A stretch of 64,000 nt of DNA from Bacteroidales bacterium (lineage in GTDB: Bacteria > Bacteroidota > Bacteroidia > Bacteroidales > UBA932): positions 712,084 through 776,083 of the forward strand of contig OY782180.1 of the NCBI GenBank assembly GCA_963677675.1. Reading direction: 5' to 3'. Numbering within the stretch: position 1 is the first letter of the stretch; each line of letters opens with the position of its first letter. Shown in pieces: positions 23,128-30,892 of this stretch. The notes beneath the pieces were generated by a model. That model did not search any database. It was not told where the DNA came from and was given only the letters and a program-made list of their open reading frames with translations. Position numbers and translations under genes: made by a program.

Positions 23128-25377
23128 TTATTTCCAAATTGTAAATCTAAGACCTGCATATACCTTAACTCCCATAAGAGGACCCCAGATAAGTGTAGAA
23201 TTGAATCCCTGACTGTACGGGTCGCTGGCATTCATTATCGGATGCTTCTGCCTGTAATTGCTGAGATTTTCTCCTCCTATGTAAACATCAAGGTCTCTGA
23301 ATTTTTTTGTAACCTGAGCATAAAACATAGGATACACAGGAGAGTTGCCTCCTCCAGTAAAGCTGGGCAATTTTGAAGGGCCGTTAAGCTGCGCGGTAAA
23401 ATCAAAAGTCCATTTATTCATTCTTGTAGCATACTGAAAATTGAGCACACCTTTGTAGCGGCTCACAAGCGGCCTCTCTACGAGTCCCTGGCCTTCCAGC
23501 GTTGCCTTGGCATCGTTATAACGGAAAGTTGCAAGTATTGTAAATCTTTCAACCGGTGCGACAGAAAAATCGGCCTGATAGGTATTTGTATAAGATCTTC
23601 CATCCAGATTATAAAACCTGATTTCAGAAGTATTGAATTCCTGATCTACAATGAGCTGAGAATTAAAATCAGTCCGGAAATAGTCAAAACTAAGTGAAGC
23701 TTTTTTATCAAATCCAAATGGCATGTAACCAGTTAGATTAACTCCGTATGTCCATGCATCTTCGATATCCGGGTTGTTTTCAAGAACAATGTTTCGCCCT
23801 GTTGAAAGTATGCCAAGGTTGTCCGAAATCTGATTCGGGGAGCGGAATCCTCTGCCGGCTGACCCACGAAATATGAGCTCGTCAAAGAATGCATATTTCA
23901 CATTTACCCTGGGAGCGAAAAGCCATCCGTAAATATTGTTTCTGTCCAGCCTGATGCCTGTAACAACGGATACTTTTTCACCTTTAGTATATGTATACTC
24001 TCCATATGCTCCAACGGACCTCTCCTCTCTTCCCGGATAAAGAACAGAAACATCGCTGAGTTTATCTTCAGAGAATGTAAAATCCCTTCTTGTGAGAGTC
24101 TCGTCCAGATTATCCACCTGGCCGCTTAAACCCAGAATTAATTTGTGGTTTTCATTAATCTCATTCTGAAATATCACATTAACAAAAGCAGAATTTTGAA
24201 TTGCATCAAATTTATTCAACCCGAAGAATGAATTTAATCTGTGCCACGAGTAGTCAATTACTGTTGCAATGTTTTTACTGTTATCGGCATTAAGAGGGAT
24301 GCCTACTTTTAGAAATGCATTAAGTCCAGTGTTTTTTATCTCCGAGCCCCACAGATCTGAAGTGATATCCATCCCCTTTTCGAATTCATTCATCCCTGCA
24401 ACTCTGTCGTCGCTAAGTGCCTTAAACCCGAATCTTATCTGCATTCCGTTCTCTGCAAGATATAACCATCTGTTTGCCACGTTAAACTGCATAGAAACCG
24501 GTTCATCCTTGAATCCGTCATGATTTCCGTCATGACCTTTCGGGTCGGTTGAGAAGTGCCCCAGCATAACTGTGCTCCATTTATTGTTCAACTGAAGCGA
24601 TGATGCGACATTTGCCTCGGTACGCAAAGTATTGCTGAGGAAAAGATTCAGAAATAGCGGCTGTTCTGCCGTTGGTTTCCTGTGTTCAAGATTTATTTGT
24701 CCTGTTATCGCTTCCAGACCATTTACAACAGATGAGGGTCCTTTGGCTATCTGTATGCTTTCGAGCCACTGACCGGGTATATATGAAAGGCCGAATGGTG
24801 CAGCAATACCTCTCATTACAGGTCTGTTTTCGTCAAGCATCTGTGTATAAATTCCGGAGAGACCCAGTAATCGTATCTGCCGGGCTCCGGTTATTGCATC
24901 GGCATATCCTACCGTTACGCTTGCAGAGTTTTCAAAACTCTCTGCCAGGTTGCAACAAGCCATTTTGCAAAGTCCCGCAGCAGTAATGACTTCTGTCTTT
25001 ACCGGAGTTATTTTTGACAGGAAATTTCCTTCCTGTTTTCCTACAACTCTTGCGGCGTTCAGTTCATTTTGTTCCTTCAGAAGAAGTTCTGCCTTTACTT
25101 CCCCGTTTTTAAGCAATAGAGTATCTTTTGTATAGCCAACATAAGTGGCAATCAGGGATACTGTTCCTGAGCCTTTTTTGTTGAAAGAGAATTCTCCTTT
25201 ATCGTTTGACTCGAGAGAAATTTTCCCTTCAAGCCAGTATATTGAGGCGAAAGCCAATGGCTCAACCCCTCCGTCACTCTTCTGAGCTTTAACTATGCCG
25301 TTAATAGTCTGGGCATTAATAGTCAGAGCAGAAGATATAAAAAGTAAAAATGTTAAAATTTTCCTGTTCATATTCAT
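23128..25377 (-). CDS. TonB-dependent receptor (probably metal uptake)
   Basis: CarboxypepD-like N-domain, plug with ACCNLAESFE, IQIAKGPSSV, C-terminal YAGLRFTIWK. Confidence 0.9.
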   Translation of the reverse strand: MNMNRKILTFLLFISSALTINAQTINGIVKAQKSDGGVEPLAFASIYWLEGKISLESNDKGEFSFNKKGSGTVSLIATYVGYTKDTLLLKNGEVKAELLLKEQNELNAARVVGKQEGNFLSKITPVKTEVITAAGLCKMACCNLAESFENSASVTVGYADAITGARQIRLLGLSGIYTQMLDENRPVMRGIAAPFGLSYIPGQWLESIQIAKGPSSVVNGLEAITGQINLEHRKPTAEQPLFLNLFLSNTLRTEANVASSLQLNNKWSTVMLGHFSTDPKGHDGNHDGFKDEPVSMQFNVANRWLYLAENGMQIRFGFKALSDDRVAGMNEFEKGMDITSDLWGSEIKNTGLNAFLKVGIPLNADNSKNIATVIDYSWHRLNSFFGLNKFDAIQNSAFVNVIFQNEINENHKLILGLSGQVDNLDETLTRRDFTFSEDKLSDVSVLYPGREERSVGAYGEYTYTKGEKVSVVTGIRLDRNNIYGWLFAPRVNVKYAFFDELIFRGSAGRGFRSPNQISDNLGILSTGRNIVLENNPDIEDAWTYGVNLTGYMPFGFDKKASLSFDYFRTDFNSQLIVDQEFNTSEIRFYNLDGRSYTNTYQADFSVAPVERFTILATFRYNDAKATLEGQGLVERPLVSRYKGVLNFQYATRMNKWTFDFTAQLNGPSKLPSFTGGGNSPVYPMFYAQVTKKFRDLDVYIGGENLSNYRQKHPIMNASDPYSQGFNSTLIWGPLMGVKVYAGLRFTIWK

Positions 25378-25422
25378 ATTTAAAATTGTAAATAACTGAT
25401 ATTCAAAAAAATGAATATCAAT

Positions 25423-25869
25423 TTACAATCGCCATTGGGCTAAATATGAATGAGGATTTTTTTGATTTAAAAGTGGCGGACCGCCATATAATGATTCTGA
25501 TGAGTCAAAATGTTTGATTCCCGAATTGAATGCCGATTGACAGAATTCAAGATCCGATATGAGGTTAAAATAAGGAATCTGGGAAACCAGTGTGGAATGA
25601 GTTAAATCATATCCTTGTTCGAGGTGATGGATTTCTGTATGACAGCAGTTATGGTCGTGATGTTCCTGAGAACAGGCTGTTACCCCGTCACAAGAACTAT
25701 TATGACTATGATTGCCTTGATGAACATCTTCACACGATGCGTCCTTAATAAGCAGAACAACAGTAGATGTGCCGTCTTTATCACACTTGTGCACCCCAAT
25801 ACCAATGCTTGCAGTAATGTACAAAAGCACAAGCAGGGAAGGTATGATATATTTGAGAGCACTCTTCAT
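25423..25869 (-). CDS. His/Cys-rich metal-binding protein (HYC_CC_PP-like family)
   Basis: GIGVHKC...HHDHNCCHTE...GGPP pattern; typical position upstream of TBDR and HMA genes; TACTTTTG promoter just upstream. Confidence 0.65.
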   Translation of the reverse strand: MKSALKYIIPSLLVLLYITASIGIGVHKCDKDGTSTVVLLIKDASCEDVHQGNHSHNSSCDGVTACSQEHHDHNCCHTEIHHLEQGYDLTHSTLVSQIPYFNLISDLEFCQSAFNSGIKHFDSSESLYGGPPLLNQKNPHSYLAQWRL

Positions 25870-25893
25870 CGGGGGCAAAAGTACGATGTTTTT

Positions 25894-27393
25894 TTAATTA
25901 TCAATCATTTTATCGAATTCGGCAGAAATGTCTTTATCTCCTATAAAGTCGTACAGGCTTAGTTTCCGGATGTTAAAATAATAGAGCCAGAAGTTACCAA
26001 GGTCGCTAATAAGCCTTGTTGAAGCCTGATCCTTTTCGGATTGTGCATTATTAAGTTCTGTAACGCCAATGGTTCCGTCAAGGAAGCGTTCACGGGTATT
26101 ATCATATCTTTCCTTAGCAATCGAGTCGGCTCTTGCAGAGAGGTTACACTGCAGCACCTGATTGTTAAACTGAATAACTTTAATGAAAATGTTCTGTTTG
26201 TATTCTGTCATCTCCTGATCTACCTGAGCTCTCACAACCTCCTCGCGCGACTTTGCCATTTTAACCCTTCCCTTTCCAAGACCCCAGTCCATAATCGGGA
26301 GCCTCAATCCAAGACTCACAATCTGCTGGTCCATTGTATTGGAATAGGCTGTTCCCAAGTCGCTCCCCTGCTGGGTGAGACCAAACTGAGCATTAAGATT
26401 TGCCTGTAATCCCTTACTGGCTTTCATCCTCTCAACCTCCTGCTGTGCCGAAAGAATCTCAAGTTCATTATCCAGCAGGAATGCCGAGTTGGCATAAGAC
26501 TTTGTAAGAACCTCATCGAAATTAAGCGTCACGCCGGGTCCCGATTTTGGAAGGATAAGTTCCAGTTCAACATTTTCGTTAAAACCGAGAAATGTTTTAA
26601 GACGTAGCATTTTCATTTCAAGGGAAAGCTGATGGTCGTTTATCGCAAGATTGTCATTAATCATTCTAAGCTCCAGCTGCAAAAGTTCGTTTTTTGAAAC
26701 GGTATTCTTTTCATATCTCTGCTTAGCCAGTTTGTAAAGAGAAACCGTATTTTCATAGTTTTTGCTGGACATGGTGAGCCTCTGCTGAGCCTGAAGAACA
26801 TCAAAGAACATAGGCGTGACACTCACTACAATATTTTCAAGCTGATCAAGATATCTGCGTTTGGCTCTCTCATATTTCTTTGGCTCGGTTACCATCTCCC
26901 ACTTAAGAGTGTTATAGGTCCTTAATGGCTGGATATATGTAATGTTTATGGGTTGCGAATTATATGTTGCCGGATTGCTGCTGTTGTTAAACTGATCCAG
27001 CCGGTACAGACTTGTAAACACAGAAACCTTTCCACCGGTAAATGCAATATTTTGGTCTATCGACAGCGAAAGGCTGTTTTTGAGGTTGTTGTTGGCAATA
27101 TAATTAATCTCTCCTGTTTCGGAGTTTTGCAAAGGAACAAGTGACCGGTTGTACTGGCCCACAGTTGCAGAAAGATTGAGAGAAGGAAGAAGCTGTGCTT
27201 TAAAAGCGCGAAACTGCCAGTAACTTGCCAGAAAATTGTGTTTTGCAACAAGTGCGGATGGTGATTGATCTCTTGCCGTCTCAATAACTTCGTCGAGAGA
27301 CATTAAAAGTCTTATTTTTTGCGCAAATGAATGTGTTGATAATAAATTAAATACAACAATAAGTGAGACTAATAATTTACTTATTTTCTTCAT
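25894..27393 (-). CDS. TolC family outer membrane efflux protein
   Basis: Signal peptide, duplicated OEP repeats (LLPSLNLSA...QPL; GLQANLNAQFG...LRLPIMDWG). Confidence 0.88.
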   Translation of the reverse strand: MKKISKLLVSLIVVFNLLSTHSFAQKIRLLMSLDEVIETARDQSPSALVAKHNFLASYWQFRAFKAQLLPSLNLSATVGQYNRSLVPLQNSETGEINYIANNNLKNSLSLSIDQNIAFTGGKVSVFTSLYRLDQFNNSSNPATYNSQPINITYIQPLRTYNTLKWEMVTEPKKYERAKRRYLDQLENIVVSVTPMFFDVLQAQQRLTMSSKNYENTVSLYKLAKQRYEKNTVSKNELLQLELRMINDNLAINDHQLSLEMKMLRLKTFLGFNENVELELILPKSGPGVTLNFDEVLTKSYANSAFLLDNELEILSAQQEVERMKASKGLQANLNAQFGLTQQGSDLGTAYSNTMDQQIVSLGLRLPIMDWGLGKGRVKMAKSREEVVRAQVDQEMTEYKQNIFIKVIQFNNQVLQCNLSARADSIAKERYDNTRERFLDGTIGVTELNNAQSEKDQASTRLISDLGNFWLYYFNIRKLSLYDFIGDKDISAEFDKMIDN

Positions 27394-27445
27394 GGGCAGG
27401 CACTTGGGTGGTTAAATGCAAAAGTCCACTAAAGATATGAATAAT

Positions 27446-27817
27446 TTAAATCTCATTCAGAATTTTCTCGTCATAAAATTTAGAATAAAAAAACATAAAA
27501 ACGAGAGCCCTTATAATTGAAATGATTATCGCCCCTCCCAAAATGAGACTATAATTTGAGTAGTCATATTCGCAAATAAAAAAGAGAAACAGGAAATTTG
27601 CACATGCAAGGTTAAACCCAATTTCCCTGAGCAGCGAGATTATATTAAACGGGAGATAATTAAACTGGTACAAATTTGTAATAAAAACCCGCAGCCATTC
27701 ACAGTTGCATTTTTTTACGCGTTTATGCCAGTTCATCTTATGAACTAAAGAGGCAAGAATGCTTGTTGTCACACCGGTAACAACAGCAATAAATATTATT
27801 TTAAATAAAGCATCCAT
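27446..27817 (-). CDS. Small AT-rich membrane protein (about 3 TM), candidate immunity or accessory protein
   Basis: 123 aa, hydrophobic segments, starts 4 nt after the HlyD stop. Confidence 0.55.
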   Translation of the reverse strand: MDALFKIIFIAVVTGVTTSILASLVHKMNWHKRVKKCNCEWLRVFITNLYQFNYLPFNIISLLREIGFNLACANFLFLFFICEYDYSNYSLILGGAIIISIIRALVFMFFYSKFYDEKILNEI

Positions 27818-27821
27818 AATA

Positions 27822-28334
27822 TCATTTAAAAATATGTTTTAATGGATTGTATATTTTTTCAAGTACACTTGTTTCTGCAGTAATTATTTCGGCATCTCCC
27901 TCAAGAACTGCTGCCGCATTTATGGAGAGCCCCTTATTTGTTGTGAATCCGTGGGGGAAAACCAATTCAACAGTGTAAAATTTACTTTCTCCCTGTTTTG
28001 AAGGCAAAAGTTTAATACCAGATACTTCTGCTTCAATTGAGCCATATTCAATGTATGGATAGGCTCTCAGCATAATGGTTACATCCTGGCCCAGTCTAAC
28101 CCTTTCAACTTTGGACCCGGTGAGTACAAGAGTACCTTTAAAACTTGCTACCCCGCTAATTGAAACAGAAGCCCTGATATTATCGGAAAATTTAAAGTTT
28201 GCGCCAAATACAAAAAGTGAAATTACTATTGCTATCATTAAAAAATTACCCCACCGGATTATCCATTTTGGTGGTCTGGAGAGAATATCGTTAATATCTT
28301 CCGACTTTAATTCTATTTTTCTCTCATTAGACAT
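27822..28334 (-). CDS. Short HlyD-family periplasmic adaptor (about 170 aa; lipoyl and alpha-hairpin region absent)
   Basis: ELKSEDINDILSRPPKWIIRWG plus a TM, joined directly to the beta-barrel motif GQDVTIMLRAYPYIEYG...GDAEIIT...LEKI. Confidence 0.8.
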   Translation of the reverse strand: MSNERKIELKSEDINDILSRPPKWIIRWGNFLMIAIVISLFVFGANFKFSDNIRASVSISGVASFKGTLVLTGSKVERVRLGQDVTIMLRAYPYIEYGSIEAEVSGIKLLPSKQGESKFYTVELVFPHGFTTNKGLSINAAAVLEGDAEIITAETSVLEKIYNPLKHIFK

Positions 28335-30519
28335 ATAGCTGATTTTTAACAAGTTCATAATAAGGTCCCTGTTTGGCAACTAATTCCTCATGGCTCCCCT
28401 CCTCCATCACGACACCTTTATCCAGTACTACTATTTTATCTGCATTTTTTACAGTACTCAGGCGGTGCGCTACAACAATAACTGTCCGCCCTACAAAAAA
28501 GCTGTTGAGATTCTTCATTATCTCTCTTTCATTGTTTGCATCAAGTGCATTTGTTGCTTCGTCAAATATGATAAACTCCGGATTTTTATACACTGCTCTT
28601 GCAATTAACAGTCTCTGTTTTTGTCCCATGCTGAGCCCGTTTCCCTCCTGCCCTATTTTTGTGTTGTATTTGAGAGGAAGTGATTCGATAAATTCTCTGA
28701 TATTTGCAATTTCTACAGCCTTAAGCAACCTGTCTTCGTCAATCTTTTCCACTCCGGGAGCAATGTTGTTTGCAATTGTATCAGAGAAAATAAATCCATC
28801 CTGCATAACAACACCGCATTTGGACCGCCATGCGCTCATACTAAGGTTGAGTAGCCTGTTTGGCCCGTAAAAGATTTCACCGAAAGTTGCGGAGTAAAAA
28901 CCAAGCAAAAGTTTAATGAGAGTAGTTTTTCCGCTGCCGCTCGTGCCAACTATTGCCGTTATTTTTCCCGAAGGAATAATGAGGTTAATGTTTTTTAGGA
29001 CATACCCTGCTCCGGCACCTTCGTATTTAAAAAACATATTGTCGATTACAATATTCTCTCCTGAAGGAATTTCGGAAACTAATGTTTCGCTTGTATTCTC
29101 TTCCTCCTTTTTGTCGTGAATTTCTGCCAGCCTCTCAAGGCTTATTTTTGCATCCTGAGAAGATTGCATAAAGGCAATAATCTGAGCAACCGGGGAATTA
29201 AGCTGGCCATTAATAAACTGCACAGACAACATCATACCTAAAGTGAGGTCGCCGTCTATTACCGATTTTGCAGCAATAACAGTTATGAAAATGTTTTTAA
29301 GCTGATTGATGAGGGTAGCCCCGGCCTCCTGATACTGCCCGAGCGCAAGTCCTTTTATATTCAGCTTAAAGAGTTTTGCCTGAATTTTCTCCCATTCCCA
29401 GCGTTTTTGTCTTTCGCAGGAGTTTAGCTTGATTTCCTGCATGCCTGTAATAAGTTCAATTACCGAACTCTGGTTTGCAGCATTCTGGGTGAATGATTTA
29501 TTATCCAAATCCCTCCTGCGCCTCATGAACTGAGATACCCACAACAAATATATGATTGAACCAACAAGGAAAATTAAAAATATTTTCGGACTGTAATAAA
29601 GAAGTACAGCACCAAAAATTAATATGTTGAACAAAGAAAATAAAATGCTTAAAGATGATCCTGTAAGGAAATTTTGTATTCGTTTATGGTCGCCTATTCT
29701 CTGAAGCAGGTCGCCGGTCATTCTGGTATCGAAAAAACCAATCGGAAGCTTCATGAGCTTTGTGAGAAAATCGGAAAGAAGCGAAATGTTTATTCTCGTT
29801 CCAAGGTGGAGGAGAATCCAGCCCCTTATGAAATCGACGGATGCCATACTGAGAGTGAGCATGAGCTGAGCAAGAAGAACGAGCCAGATAAAGCTTATGT
29901 TTCTTTCACCGATACCAACATCAACAATGCTCTGCGTGAGAAAAGGAAGACAAAGCTGCAACAGGCTTCCGAGCAGCAAACCGCATATTACCTGAATAAT
30001 AAGTTGCCTGTGGGGTTTAAGATAAGAAAAGAGGAACGAAAAGCCTTTAGGGTTTATAGTTTCTCCCTCAACTTTATAAAACTGTGGCGTGGGTTCCAGA
30101 AAAAGAGCAATTCCTCTTCCCTGGCCATCGCTGACTGTTGTGAGCCATGATTTTTTGAATTCGTCTGCAGTAAGTTTTACAAGACCTGTTGCGGGATCGG
30201 CAATTAACATTCTGATATTTTCCCCGCTTCCCTTCACTCCGTACAAAACTACAAAGTGTTTCTGGTTCCAGTGCAGTATGCAGGGCAATGTTCCTTTGCA
30301 TAATTCTTCGAACGAAAGCCGTGCACCGAGACTTCTGAGGCCAATGCTTTCCGCAGCCTTGCTTATTCCGAATAAATTTACGCCTTGCTTTGAAAATTCA
30401 CATTTCTCTCGCAGTGTCTCCAGTGTATAGTGGCGGCCATAGAAGTTTGCGATCATCCTGAGCGATGATGGTCCGCAGTCTGTTGAATCCAGCTGAGAGA
30501 AGTGTTTGAATCCCTTCAC
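28327..30519 (-). CDS. Peptidase C39-containing ABC transporter (PCAT; bacteriocin/pheromone processing exporter)
   Basis: QLDSTDCG (catalytic Cys), HFVV (His), IADPA (Asp); TMD; Walker A GTSGSGKTT, LSMGQKQR, DEATNALD, AHRL; GTG start. Confidence 0.96.
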   Translation of the reverse strand: MKGFKHFSQLDSTDCGPSSLRMIANFYGRHYTLETLREKCEFSKQGVNLFGISKAAESIGLRSLGARLSFEELCKGTLPCILHWNQKHFVVLYGVKGSGENIRMLIADPATGLVKLTADEFKKSWLTTVSDGQGRGIALFLEPTPQFYKVEGETINPKGFSFLFSYLKPHRQLIIQVICGLLLGSLLQLCLPFLTQSIVDVGIGERNISFIWLVLLAQLMLTLSMASVDFIRGWILLHLGTRINISLLSDFLTKLMKLPIGFFDTRMTGDLLQRIGDHKRIQNFLTGSSLSILFSLFNILIFGAVLLYYSPKIFLIFLVGSIIYLLWVSQFMRRRRDLDNKSFTQNAANQSSVIELITGMQEIKLNSCERQKRWEWEKIQAKLFKLNIKGLALGQYQEAGATLINQLKNIFITVIAAKSVIDGDLTLGMMLSVQFINGQLNSPVAQIIAFMQSSQDAKISLERLAEIHDKKEEENTSETLVSEIPSGENIVIDNMFFKYEGAGAGYVLKNINLIIPSGKITAIVGTSGSGKTTLIKLLLGFYSATFGEIFYGPNRLLNLSMSAWRSKCGVVMQDGFIFSDTIANNIAPGVEKIDEDRLLKAVEIANIREFIESLPLKYNTKIGQEGNGLSMGQKQRLLIARAVYKNPEFIIFDEATNALDANNEREIMKNLNSFFVGRTVIVVAHRLSTVKNADKIVVLDKGVVMEEGSHEELVAKQGPYYELVKNQLYV

Positions 30520-30599
30520 TTTTATAACAAATTCATTTTAAATAATTTGGACAATTGTAACAATTATCCCAATGCATAATATAATTATGCCGTTCAATT

Positions 30600-30641
30600 G
30601 TAGTTTAAATGCTGAAAATCAGCATATTGTCATTAAACTAC
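30600..30641. other. Nested stem-loop between the precursor and PCAT genes
   Basis: GTAGTTTAA-ATGCTGA-AAA-TCAGCAT-(bulge)-TTAAACTAC; second hairpin GCATAAT-ATA-ATTATGC at 30574-30590. Confidence 0.5.
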
Positions 30642-30661
30642 CTAAAATTCTTAAGAAATAC

Positions 30662-30799
30662 TTAATTTCTTCCGTCGCGGATAATGATGTAAACTACGTT
30701 ACCTTCGCTGTCGATTATTTGTAAAACTTTGTCACCGCCGATTACATTAATCATCTCTTGTTCATTCAAATTTTCAAATGTTGTGTTTGTTGTTTTCAT
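30662..30799 (-). CDS. Double-glycine-leader peptide precursor (45 aa), absent from the ORF track
   Basis: MKTTNTTFENLNEQEMINVIGG|DKVLQIIDSEGNVVYIIIRDGRN*. The leader fits the LSxxELxxIxGG consensus, and the gene lies immediately upstream of a PCAT. Confidence 0.88.
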   Translation of the reverse strand: MKTTNTTFENLNEQEMINVIGGDKVLQIIDSEGNVVYIIIRDGRN

Positions 30800-30844
30800 T
30801 GCATTTATTGTTTTTGTTCATACAAATAAATTAATAAAAATTGT

Positions 30845-30852
30845 TAGATTTG
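30845..30852 (+). promoter_or_regulatory. Bacteroidetes primary-sigma -7 element (TAnnTTTG) for the HK/RR operon
   Basis: TAGATTTG about 40 nt upstream of ATG 30892. Confidence 0.65.
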
Positions 30853-30859
30853 CATACAA

Positions 30860-30892
30860 ATTACTGACTGTTTACTGATAGTTTGCTGAAAA
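30860..30892. promoter_or_regulatory. Three direct repeats in 11-bp phase, candidate OmpR/PhoB-type regulator site
   Basis: ATTACTGACTG / TTTACTGATAG / TTTGCTGAAAA (core TTRCTGA). Confidence 0.6.
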
